This document shows, one piece after another, positions 18,098-26,184 of a stretch of DNA of 64,000 nt (within the stretch, counting starts at the first letter, position 1; each line of letters opens with the position of its first letter). Below the pieces are notes generated by a model. That model saw nothing but the letters and a program-made list of their open reading frames with translations, was not told the origin of the DNA and searched no databases. The position numbers were made by a program, and so were the translations under genes. The stretch lies in the IMG/VR virus record IMGVR_UViG_3300021962_000040, positions 1-64,000 of that record. One strand, 5' to 3'. The stretch is from a virus.

Positions 18098-18399
18098 TTC
18101 ATACCAATTTCAATGTGAAAACAAAGAATTAGTAATTGAACTGAGGGATCAACACGATTATATGCACCAAAGAATCCAAATGCTGGTACAATAGCACCTC
18201 TAAACTTTGGTTTAGGCATTCTAATCATCAATGCAACAATGGCTAACAACATAGCAACTAACAGGAATACTGCTAAACTTGGTGCAAACCAAATCTGTGC
18301 TTTAAATAGACTTACAATAAATGTACTGTAAAGTATGGGCAATGCTAATACTATGGCTGCTTTTGCTAAGAAGCCACAAAAAATTTTGTGTTTGTTCAT
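18094..18399 (-). CDS. membrane protein
   Basis: At least two hydrophobic helices. Confidence 0.65.
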   Translation of the reverse strand: MNKHKIFCGFLAKAAIVLALPILYSTFIVSLFKAQIWFAPSLAVFLLVAMLLAIVALMIRMPKPKFRGAIVPAFGFFGAYNRVDPSVQLLILCFHIEIGMK

Positions 18400-18400
18400 C

Positions 18401-18550
18401 TTATTCTAATTTAATGGGTTTTCTACCTGTTCCGTCATCAGCATAGATAACAGTGTTTTCATCTTTTCTAACAATTGCTACATTAAGAGAAGCGGTAATA
18501 AATTCTTTACCGCCTCTCATGTAGTAATAAACAAAAGTTTCTTCAATCAT
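18401..18550 (-). CDS. 49-aa hypothetical protein
   Basis: Manual translation MIEETFVYYYMRGGKEFITASLNVAIVRKDE...; fills the gap exactly. Confidence 0.6.
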   Translation of the reverse strand: MIEETFVYYYMRGGKEFITASLNVAIVRKDENTVIYADDGTGRKPIKLE

Positions 18551-18821
18551 AACTTGTGCAATAGTTTAAGTAATCATCATCATCTCTATCCTGAATTTCA
18601 GCTGCATCATGCATAACTGCTAATTCAAGTAGTTCATCATTCTCTTGTAACTCATCTTGTATTTCTTCATTAGATGGAAATGATACATCTTTAGTAAATA
18701 ATCTTAAAGGTACATCCTGTCCATCAAAGAACCAAGTATAAGTAGCATTTCTAAACAATGCTAGTCCTATCATGTTATCACATGACACGAACATATCTGG
18801 TTTTAGGATTAGAACTTTCAT
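18543..18821 (-). CDS. acidic hypothetical protein
   Basis: 92 aa coupled ORF. Confidence 0.6.
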   Translation of the reverse strand: MKVLILKPDMFVSCDNMIGLALFRNATYTWFFDGQDVPLRLFTKDVSFPSNEEIQDELQENDELLELAVMHDAAEIQDRDDDDYLNYCTSYD

Positions 18822-19045
18822 AGTCTGTTTTTTGTGTTAAGACCTTCTTCTAATTCTGATTCTTCTTGCCACCAGATGGCAATTCCAATTAGTGCTACCA
18901 TATAGGCAACTTGTGCAGCAATAGCCCATATGCTCCATTCAGAGATTGGGTGTGCAAATACACTTCCTAGGGTAATCATACCCTCCATGAATAGACCAAC
19001 TAACCATACTGTGGCTAGTTTAGTCATGAATTTAACTTTCTTCAT
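18818..19045 (-). CDS. two-TM membrane protein
   Basis: Two hydrophobic helices; AAAACCAAA leader. Confidence 0.65.
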   Translation of the reverse strand: MKKVKFMTKLATVWLVGLFMEGMITLGSVFAHPISEWSIWAIAAQVAYMVALIGIAIWWQEESELEEGLNTKNRL

Positions 19046-19172
19046 CTTGATTTGGTTTTAAGTGGGGTTTGTTTTTGGTTTTTCTTGTATACTTTTTTTT
19101 GTTTTTATACACGTTGGGCCGTGTTGCCATTCTGATTTCCTGAATTGTTAGTTCTATCTTTTTCATCTTCAT
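19032..19172 (-). CDS. 46-aa basic micro-protein (ArfA-like motif)
   Basis: Manual translation MKMKKIELTIQEIRMATRPNVYKNKKKYTRKTKNKPHLKPNQDEES. Confidence 0.55.
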   Translation of the reverse strand: MKMKKIELTIQEIRMATRPNVYKNKKKYTRKTKNKPHLKPNQDEES

Positions 19173-19269
19173 AACATTGTTGGCAGATGTGAACTTCATC
19201 ACAACTACAAGTTAATTCTGGGGATATGCTATAAAGCATAAACATATCCATTGCGTCTTCATACAGCAT
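19105..19269 (-). CDS. 54-aa Cys-containing micro-protein
   Basis: Manual translation MLYEDAMDMF...CSCDEVHICQQCYE... Confidence 0.5.
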   Translation of the reverse strand: MLYEDAMDMFMLYSISPELTCSCDEVHICQQCYEDEKDRTNNSGNQNGNTAQRV

Positions 19270-19271
19270 AA

Positions 19272-19502
19272 TTATCCATTTAAGATTTCAATTTCCTTTT
19301 TAACGAGTGCATCAGTAACTTCCTTCTGCATCTTACATGTGTATTCATAAAGCTCAACAAAGTAATAAACATCACATCCGGCTTCATCTATGCACACTTG
19401 ATTGATCTTGTCCATCACCGATTGTAATTCAGCTAGTCTCTTATCTTCACGATTCTTAATCATTTCAAGTGTCATAAAATTTAATTCATCTAATAGTTTC
19501 AT
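19272..19502 (-). CDS. hypothetical protein immediately downstream of the twister ribozyme
   Basis: 76 aa ORF. Confidence 0.6.
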   Translation of the reverse strand: MKLLDELNFMTLEMIKNREDKRLAELQSVMDKINQVCIDEAGCDVYYFVELYEYTCKMQKEVTDALVKKEIEILNG

Positions 19503-19523
19503 ATAAATAGATTTTAATTAATA

Positions 19524-19579
19524 CTGTACCACTCTGTATTTACACGGGCTTGTGACCGTCATTGGCTACATTAGTACAA
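19524..19579 (-). ncRNA. twister self-cleaving ribozyme (type P1)
   Basis: TGTAC-TAA-TGTA-GC-CAATG-ACGG-TCACAA-GC-CCGT-GTAAA-TACA-GAG-TG-GTACA aligns element by element with the O. sativa twister as recalled (CCGCC-UAA-CACU-GC-CAAUG-CCGG-UCCCAA-GC-CCGG-AUAAA-AGUG-GAG-GG-GGCGG), with compensatory P1, P2, P4 and T1 (CA/TG) pairs. Confidence 0.92.
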
Positions 19580-20532
19580 GGGCTGAGTGTTGACCCTTAT
19601 GGCAATAGTTTTAGAATGTTTCCATCCTTTACACACACCAACATTACTGCAGGTATATTGCACGTTCACAGATTTAGATGTCTGCCATCACTACCTTGAG
19701 AGTTATAGTTTCATTTTCACACCAACTTCCTTGCGGGATTCACAGGCTGCCACCTGTTAGATAGATACTACTCACTCTACTTACTATCTGTCTTGCGGAC
19801 GTCAAGTCTGTACATATTTCAGTACAATAAGAACATTGTGTTCCCAAGGTCCAAGAAGGATTTTGCTTTGTCATATTAGTTATGGGATACAACCCTAAGT
19901 TAATAAGAAAAGGATGGATGAAGGAAGTTCTCCTTGGTTGTATAACATGCTTGCTTTTGACAAGTTTAGTTACCAACTCCCTTCTACTTTCAGCGGCCAG
20001 GCTTACTCATTGATTACAATTACTCACGACACGGTATTTCTACCAGCATCTTCACTGTAAACTAATAACAGATCCCCAATTGGCGGTTGGTACTACTGTT
20101 ATCTAACCATACACTTATTACGCTTTCACGCTCAACACCATTTCCATCTGGTGTCTACAACTCTCTTACCCTGTAGGGCCATTCCAAGTTGCAGAAGTAT
20201 GATTACCTTTCAGTGGCATGCTAATGCATGGCCTGTTCTTTCTTAAGGAACAGACTTTATTCCATCACTGGATTATCCTTTGGTCACGAAGGCTGACCTG
20301 TTGTTTCAGTAACCTGACGAGCAGGCTTAACGTACACACCATGAGTATTTCAACTCTGAGGGTAACAACTTGTATACTTATACAGAGATACATGCTAACC
20401 CATTACGTCTAATGGAGCATATACTCTGGATATACATTTAGGTATATCAGCCTATTGGTCTTGTAACTATACTGGACCAACCCACGCCAGCAGCTTACTG
20501 GATATTTGCCTGGTTAAAGGAAAGGCAACAAT
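19573..20532 (-). ncRNA. putative large (~950 nt) highly structured ncRNA
   Basis: No credible CDS; more than 20 hairpins, GCAA/GAAA loops on the minus strand, long-range helices 19909-19918/19621-19630 and 19842-19850/19693-19701. Confidence 0.7.
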
Positions 20533-20536
20533 ACTA

Positions 20537-20806
20537 TTATCTGAAGTTATCATATGGACTATGATAAGTTATTTGGTCAGAGCCAGGGATGTACTTCTCA
20601 AAGGTTACATTAGGACCTTGCCAGTAAACCATCTTGCGGGTTATCTGACACCAAAGTCTTGCCATCCAAAGAGTGGGAAATACAAAGACCCGGTAACCTT
20701 TTCTCATATACTGAAGCTTAAGAAACAGTAGAGAGTAAGTATCCCTAGTAGTGATAGACTCATATGTATTATAAGTGGTCACTATGTATGTTTTTTTCTT
20801 GATCAT
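20537..20806 (-). CDS. hypothetical protein (likely start MIKKKTY at 20806)
   Basis: 3' part of ORF 20537..21025; the 5' extension overlaps structured non-coding sequence. Confidence 0.5.
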   Translation of the reverse strand: MIKKKTYIVTTYNTYESITTRDTYSLLFLKLQYMRKGYRVFVFPTLWMARLWCQITRKMVYWQGPNVTFEKYIPGSDQITYHSPYDNFR

Positions 20807-20917
20807 AGCTATATCTATTATTATGGTGAGACAAGTGGAATGATAGGTTTGATTGTGGTAATATGCGGGGTATTTGGCCACCCACTCAAACAGTAACACA
20901 CAAACAAATAAAAAATA

Positions 20918-20944
20918 AAGCAGTTTTAACTGGTGCTTAGCAGG
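20918..20944 (-). ncRNA. small H-type pseudoknot followed by a U-rich tract
   Basis: CCTG-CTAAGCAC-CAG-TTAAAAC-TGCTT: S1 CTG/CAG, S2 AAGCA/TGCTT. Confidence 0.45.
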
Positions 20945-21094
20945 TAAGTGGTCCTCTTGTACAGATTCATCCGCTATCAACTGGTGAATGTGTATGCAAG
21001 GTGTGTGCAAGGTGGAACAAAGCATAGTTAACTTATCTGCAAGTAACTATGCTCAGTTCCTTCTGGGTTCAACTGGGTTTCCCCAGTTCCTGCT

Positions 21095-21433
21095 TTAGGC
21101 AGGTTCTACCCAGAAGAGGCCTTCTAGTGCCTCCCCAGTTTCACGGTTGACAACAGGATTGTTGCTCAATTGGAAACCTGGGATTTCATCCCCTACATTA
21201 AGTTTGCTTTGCAAGCCTTTAATGGTGGGATGATTGGCTTTCATTGACTCACCGGTCTTTGGATCGGTTAAGGCAAGGATGCCAAAGCTGAGATTCTGTT
21301 GGTTGCGTGCACCAACTTGGAATCCAGCAATCTCAGCCTTTGCCTGTGTCAAAGGTGCTGAGGAGACAATGATGACAGCACTCTGTGTGTCAGCATTGAC
21401 TTTAATCTTACGGAAGAAAACTGATTTGCTCAT
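21095..21433 (-). CDS. hypothetical protein, first gene of the leftward arm
   Basis: 112 aa ORF; hairpin AACTGGGGAAACCCAGTT follows the stop. Confidence 0.75.
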   Translation of the reverse strand: MSKSVFFRKIKVNADTQSAVIIVSSAPLTQAKAEIAGFQVGARNQQNLSFGILALTDPKTGESMKANHPTIKGLQSKLNVGDEIPGFQLSNNPVVNRETGEALEGLFWVEPA

Positions 21434-21623
21434 GGTAAATTATTTTTTTAGGATTAAACTTATGGGGGCCACCCCCCTGTCAAAATTTAGCCGGGGAGCG
21501 GTTCCATAGCACCCCTCAAGAATGCAACACATAAATTGGTTGTAGGTACGGGGGGTATGTGCATCTCTGTAGAAAGATGGGGGGATGGTTGGACGGGGTT
21601 AAAAAATTTGGTATATTAGAAGT
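21434..21623. promoter_or_regulatory. divergent strand-switch region with G/C homopolymer runs
   Basis: Transcription polarity flips here; GGGGGCCACCCCCC, CCGGGGAG, TACGGGGGGTA, GGGGGGATGG in an otherwise AT-rich genome. Confidence 0.6.
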
Positions 21624-21884
21624 ATGGAGAACCGTATAGAAGAGTACATTGATATTGATAGAGCTTACTATAGTTCCTATAGGATAGTGACTAAGAAGAT
21701 TACCTTTGAGGATCTATTAGATGAGGATAGTGATAAAGGTTATTCCACTCTTCTTATACATGATCCTGAGAAGGAGATCACCCCGGATGTTGTGAATGAC
21801 CTTATAGATTATTTTGTGGGGCTGGAGGAATATGAACTCTGTGCTGAATTAAAAAATATCTTGGATAAAAAAATAATATCCTAA
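21624..21884 (+). CDS. hypothetical protein
   Basis: 86 aa; YF..LEEYELCAEL motif. Confidence 0.7.
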   Translation: MENRIEEYIDIDRAYYSSYRIVTKKITFEDLLDEDSDKGYSTLLIHDPEKEITPDVVNDLIDYFVGLEEYELCAELKNILDKKIIS

Positions 21885-21909
21885 ACCTTTTTTATTTAAC
21901 TTTTTTTGG

Positions 21910-21917
21910 TATATTTG
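21910..21917 (+). promoter_or_regulatory. Bacteroidota -7 element TATATTTG
   Basis: Consensus match upstream of 21944. Confidence 0.5.
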
Positions 21918-21943
21918 TTCTGAACAAATAAAAACCAAAAATC

Positions 21944-22243
21944 ATGGAACAGAATTTTTCTGAACAAGAAGTCCAATTATCTAAAGAACAATTGGCACAA
22001 CGTAGAAAAGAAATCACTGAATTCTACAAGAGTAACATCCAGCATTTGAAAGTACAGAAGGAGTATGAGCAACTCTTAACTGACATTGAAGAGCTCAGAG
22101 CAAAAAGAATGCAGGCTCAGATGTTCCTTGCTCAAGCCTTTGCTGCTGGTAAAGATGAAGAGGTTGAGAAAGCTGAAGCAGATTTTAACAAAGCTATGGC
22201 TGACGTAGAAGAGACTGATGGTCCAACATTAAAACCTATTTAA
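21944..22243 (+). CDS. coiled-coil hypothetical protein
   Basis: 99 aa; AAAACCAAAA leader. Confidence 0.75.
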   Translation: MEQNFSEQEVQLSKEQLAQRRKEITEFYKSNIQHLKVQKEYEQLLTDIEELRAKRMQAQMFLAQAFAAGKDEEVEKAEADFNKAMADVEETDGPTLKPI

Positions 22244-22244
22244 C

Positions 22245-23162
22245 ATGAGAATGCTAAAGAAAGGAGATACTGGTGAAGACGTAAGAAAGCTTCAGCAGAT
22301 TCTTGGTCTTAAGGCAGACGGAAGCTTTGGAGACAAAACACGTGCAGCCGTAATCAGATACCAGATGCATCATGAGCTTACTCCTGATGGCGTTGTTGGT
22401 AATGAGACATGGACGTTGTTATTATCTAAAGGAGGTTTTACAGAAGCCATTGATCAAGATACAGATTTGAGTAGTCAGTATTATACCACTAAGTATAATC
22501 AGACAATCCACAAGTACTTCTTACCTACAGATGAGTATGTGCATGAGAAGCTTGACAATGAGTATATCATGCTGCATCATACAGCCGGAGGAGCTAATCC
22601 TTATGCTTGTGTGGATATGTGGGGTAAAGATACAAGAGGTAGGATTGCTACTGAGTTTGTATTAGGTGGTCAAGATCACGCAACCGGAAAGTCTAAGCAT
22701 GATGGTGTCATGGTACAGGCTTTTCCTCAAGGTAATCTTGGCTGGCACATTGGTGATTCAGGTTCTGGGTACATGAACCGTAGAACCGTGGGCTTAGAGA
22801 TTTGCTCAATGGGTCATCTTAACAAGGATATGAAAACGTATGTGAATAGCAAAGTGGTTGATAGTCAAGTGATTACACTTGATGAAGCATTCAGAGGAGC
22901 TATCCACTGGCATAAATATTCTGACAAGCAGATTGAAGAGGTGGAAAAATGGTTGAGATTCATTGGAGAAAGAGATGGTGTAGATCTAAGAGTAGGTCTG
23001 CAACAGTGGATCAAAAAGCAAGGTGCCACTAAAGCATTTGATTTTCAGGAGGATGCCTATTACGGAAAAGTAAAAGGTTTATTATCTCATACTAATGTCA
23101 GACGTGATAAGATGGATGTTTATCCTGATCCAAGACTGATTGATGTTATCATGAGTTTGTAA
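22245..23162 (+). CDS. endolysin: peptidoglycan-binding domain plus N-acetylmuramoyl-L-alanine amidase
   Basis: LKKGDTGEDVRKLQ..L..DGSFG..T..AV..YQ...DGVVG..TW; LHHTAG, WH, VGLEIC, SHTNVR.DK.D. Confidence 0.88.
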   Translation: MRMLKKGDTGEDVRKLQQILGLKADGSFGDKTRAAVIRYQMHHELTPDGVVGNETWTLLLSKGGFTEAIDQDTDLSSQYYTTKYNQTIHKYFLPTDEYVHEKLDNEYIMLHHTAGGANPYACVDMWGKDTRGRIATEFVLGGQDHATGKSKHDGVMVQAFPQGNLGWHIGDSGSGYMNRRTVGLEICSMGHLNKDMKTYVNSKVVDSQVITLDEAFRGAIHWHKYSDKQIEEVEKWLRFIGERDGVDLRVGLQQWIKKQGATKAFDFQEDAYYGKVKGLLSHTNVRRDKMDVYPDPRLIDVIMSL

Positions 23163-23188
23163 GCTGTAACAGTAAACCAACAAAAAAA

Positions 23189-23551
23189 ATGGCATTAGTA
23201 AACAAAGTAGAGAAGAAGATTAAAACAACCAGGGAGAGTGTGATTAAGTATCAGATTCTTACCTACTGTTTTTTTAATGGAGTTCAGATCAGTCAGTCAG
23301 ATCTTGACTGTCTGACTGAGCTTGCATTGAACAAAGACATTGAGCTTACAAAGTTTTGTGACCTTATTACAGAGAAGGAGATTTTTAAAAGTGCACAGTC
23401 TGCAAGAAATGCAGTTACTAAAGCGGCTAAGAAACTCTTGATCTCTAAGACCGGCAAGAATAAAAAGACTATTAGGCTCAATGAGAAGATGGAAATCCAA
23501 GAAGACGGCACTATATTCTTAGACTTTAAAATATTAGGGAATGAATCCTAA
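23189..23551 (+). CDS. putative winged-helix protein
   Basis: KSAQSARNAVTKAAKKLLISK helix-wing pattern. Confidence 0.65.
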   Translation: MALVNKVEKKIKTTRESVIKYQILTYCFFNGVQISQSDLDCLTELALNKDIELTKFCDLITEKEIFKSAQSARNAVTKAAKKLLISKTGKNKKTIRLNEKMEIQEDGTIFLDFKILGNES

Positions 23552-23900
23552 GAACTATAAACAGTTTAAGGAAGGTATTGCTGAAGAAGTGGGCGTCCAC
23601 CAGAATGTAGTTGAGGACTTCATAACATTTTATTATGGACGCCTTAGAAAGAATCTGAGTGAATTAACTTATCCAAGAGTTTTTGTAGACGGTTTGGGTA
23701 CGTTTGTCTTAAGAAAGCAAAAGCTGGATAAGACTATCAAAAGAAACAAAGATATCTTGGGTAATCTGGGCAAGCAGACTTATGCCGGTTATGAGAAGAC
23801 AATTGGTGTCAAGGAGAAACTGGATAAGTTAGAGCAAGCACAGAAGATGTATGATGAAATGCTTGAAGCTAAGAAAGAATTTAAAAACCAAAAGAAATGA
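23541..23900 (+). CDS. HU/IHF-like DNA-binding protein
   Basis: IAEEVG....VEDFI...RVFVDGLGTF. Confidence 0.6.
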   Translation: MNPKNYKQFKEGIAEEVGVHQNVVEDFITFYYGRLRKNLSELTYPRVFVDGLGTFVLRKQKLDKTIKRNKDILGNLGKQTYAGYEKTIGVKEKLDKLEQAQKMYDEMLEAKKEFKNQKK

Positions 23901-24049
23901 AGATTGAAAAATATTCTATGGACTGTTGGTATTTGTTGCCAACAATTGCATACTACAATGATCTAATCTGGAATGGTTCCAGATCAATTGATTTGCGTTT
24001 CTTAAACTGGGGTATATCATTTATAATTCAAGAACAAAAATGGGACTAG
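23897..24049 (+). CDS. 50-aa hypothetical protein
   Basis: Manual translation MKIEKYSMDCWYLLPTIAY...; ATGA overlap. Confidence 0.55.
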   Translation: MKIEKYSMDCWYLLPTIAYYNDLIWNGSRSIDLRFLNWGISFIIQEQKWD

Positions 24050-24360
24050 AAAAATTTATAGGTGCATTTAAAAGCACACCGCAAATTCTTGAGGGAATCA
24101 AGAATAGTGTATTCAAGAAAGAGCATATTGAAGCTGAGGCTGCTTTGAGATGGGGTATTTGTAAATCTTGCCCGTCTCTTGATACAGCAGGAAGCAAATG
24201 TTTTGCTCCAGGTACTCAACCATGCTGTGGTGAATGTGGTTGTAGTCTGGGTTTCAAAACAAGATCTTTAGCATCATCTTGCCCATTGGGTAAGTGGAAT
24301 GCTATCATGGATGAGGAAACAGAACATAAACTTAAAACCAACATCAAATATGAAGATTGA
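24040..24360 (+). CDS. Cys-rich hypothetical protein
   Basis: ICKSCP...CCGECGC.L..K.R....SCPLGKW. Confidence 0.7.
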   Translation: MGLEKFIGAFKSTPQILEGIKNSVFKKEHIEAEAALRWGICKSCPSLDTAGSKCFAPGTQPCCGECGCSLGFKTRSLASSCPLGKWNAIMDEETEHKLKTNIKYED

Positions 24361-24544
24361 AATAGAAGAAAGAGAACTTGATGCATTACCTAATGATATG
24401 GAATTGGGTAAGTATGTAAGATTTAAAATGGCTGAAGCAAAGAAGGCTCAGTCAACTAGTATTTCTAACGGTATTCCTAAATGGACTACAACAGCAACAG
24501 CTGATGTAGAGATTGAATGGAATCCAGATTCAAATGTAATATGA
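24350..24544 (+). CDS. hypothetical protein (start MKIEIE at 24350)
   Basis: PNDMELGKYVR motif; AAAACCAAC leader. Confidence 0.6.
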   Translation: MKIEIEERELDALPNDMELGKYVRFKMAEAKKAQSTSISNGIPKWTTTATADVEIEWNPDSNVI

Positions 24545-25353
24545 GTATTTATTTTAAGGAGGATGGTCACTTATACAAGAGTTTAGGTGATGAAAACATA
24601 GATTGGCTGAGTGTCACGTCTTTTATCGGTATGTTTAAACCAAAATTTGATTCCAAGGATGCTGCTTTAAAAGCGTCTAGGAATAAGAAATCTAAATGGT
24701 ATGGTTTAACACCGGCTCAGATTACTGATGCGTGGGAATCAGAATCACAAAGAGCTATTAAATTAGGTAATTGGTATCATGGCCAAAGAGAAGCAGATTT
24801 GCTTGAGTGTGAGACAATTGAAAGAGATGGTTCACAACTACCTATTGTTAGACCCATTATTGATGGAGAACTTAAATTAGCACCAGATCAAAGGCTATCT
24901 GATGGGATTTACCCAGAGCATTTAGTGTATTTGAAGTCAGCAGGTCTCTGTGGCCAGGCAGATTTAGTTGAAGTTGTAAATAACACTTTAAACATTACAG
25001 ATTATAAGACTAATAAAGAGATCAAAGAAAAAGGTTTTACAAACTGGGAAGGTGTAACTCAGAAGATGTATCATCCAGTTTCGCATTTAGATGATTGTAA
25101 TTTAAACCATTATAATTTACAATTGAGTATTTATGCGTATATTATTAAGAAGCACAATCCTAGATTAAAGATTGGAAAGCTGGTTATTCAACATGTTAAG
25201 TTTGTTCAACTTGGGGTTGATGACAATGGTTATCCAATCAATGAGCATGTAAATGGTGAACCTGTGATTGAAGATATTACATTCTATGAATTACCATACT
25301 TACAAGATGAAGTGAATAGTATAATCATGTGGTTGAAGGATAATAGAAAGTAA
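24541..25353 (+). CDS. PD-(D/E)XK nuclease
   Basis: SVT, G..YH, PE..VY...GLCGQADL...ITDYKT, YNLQLSIY. Confidence 0.82.
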   Translation: MSIYFKEDGHLYKSLGDENIDWLSVTSFIGMFKPKFDSKDAALKASRNKKSKWYGLTPAQITDAWESESQRAIKLGNWYHGQREADLLECETIERDGSQLPIVRPIIDGELKLAPDQRLSDGIYPEHLVYLKSAGLCGQADLVEVVNNTLNITDYKTNKEIKEKGFTNWEGVTQKMYHPVSHLDDCNLNHYNLQLSIYAYIIKKHNPRLKIGKLVIQHVKFVQLGVDDNGYPINEHVNGEPVIEDITFYELPYLQDEVNSIIMWLKDNRK

Positions 25354-25354
25354 G

Positions 25355-25591
25355 ATGCTAGATGTAGTAAATGATCAAGTAAAGATTCAAGGGGTAACAC
25401 CTAGTGATATGTCTGAATTTTACAATCTTTATGATAGAACTTTAACTATAAGAAACGCTATTGATTACATGGATTGGCTAAACGCAAATCAAAGATTGCA
25501 AAATAATGAAATAGAATCACTAACTTTAATGTTGAATTCGGGTGATATTGAAGACTTCAATTTGGCATTAGTAATAATTAAAAATAAATGA
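25355..25591 (+). CDS. hypothetical protein
   Basis: 78 aa coupled ORF. Confidence 0.6.
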   Translation: MLDVVNDQVKIQGVTPSDMSEFYNLYDRTLTIRNAIDYMDWLNANQRLQNNEIESLTLMLNSGDIEDFNLALVIIKNK

Positions 25592-26106
25592 TAGTAAGAC
25601 TGTTTGACGTTCAGAATGGTAAAGTAATTCCCACTGAACATTGCTATACATTAGATTCTTTGAAGTCTATAATGGATAATTATCCAGATACATACATGTC
25701 TGTATATCAGTATCTGTTTTATATGACATGTCCTAATCCGGACATGAACCCTTTTTTCAATGTTCCGGAAGCAGAGAAAGAAGATTTGATTATGGAAGAA
25801 GTATTGATGCAAGAATCTCCAGAAGATGAAGTAATTTTGAGAGCAATTGCAACATGCAACAAATTATATGAAACACCAACGTATAGAGCTTACAAGGGTA
25901 TTAAATCAATGCTTGATAGATTAGCAAAGTATATGGAAACAACATCAATTGAACATGGCAGAGATGGTAACATTAACTCATTGGTTAATGCTGCTGCAAA
26001 GTTTGAACAAATTAGATCCTCATACAAAGGAGCTTTCAGTGACATGAAACAGGAACAGGAAAGTCATGTAAGAGGAGGGCAAGGTTTAGCTTATGATCAG
26101 TTATGA
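25588..26106 (+). CDS. putative terminase small subunit
   Basis: Helical 172 aa protein just upstream of terL, ending VRGGQGLAYDQL. Confidence 0.45.
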   Translation: MIVRLFDVQNGKVIPTEHCYTLDSLKSIMDNYPDTYMSVYQYLFYMTCPNPDMNPFFNVPEAEKEDLIMEEVLMQESPEDEVILRAIATCNKLYETPTYRAYKGIKSMLDRLAKYMETTSIEHGRDGNINSLVNAAAKFEQIRSSYKGAFSDMKQEQESHVRGGQGLAYDQL

Positions 26107-26184
26107 TACACGAAAAAAAAGAAGAGTGGGTATTTTGTTATTGGGATGACTGCCTTTTTATTAACACATTAAACAAAGAAAAAT

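Noticed and set aside
19740-20412. ORFs 19740..19976(-) and 20218..20412(+)
   Set aside because: Atypical composition and no coupling; they lie within the densely base-paired putative ncRNA.
19573-20532. Group I/II intron, RNase P, tmRNA or CRISPR array as the identity of the large RNA
   Set aside because: No P7/J8-7, GUGYG/domain V, GAGGAAAGUCC, tRNA-like ends or periodic repeats seen by eye, and no interrupted gene flanks it.
20480-20540. Second ribozyme at the 5' end that would allow circularisation of the large RNA
   Set aside because: No hammerhead, HDV-like, pistol or twister consensus recognised there by eye; cmscan is needed to exclude it.
20807-21025. N-terminal extension of ORF 20537..21025
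   Set aside because: Runs over hairpin, pseudoknot and U-tract sequence; ATG 20806 is the more plausible start.
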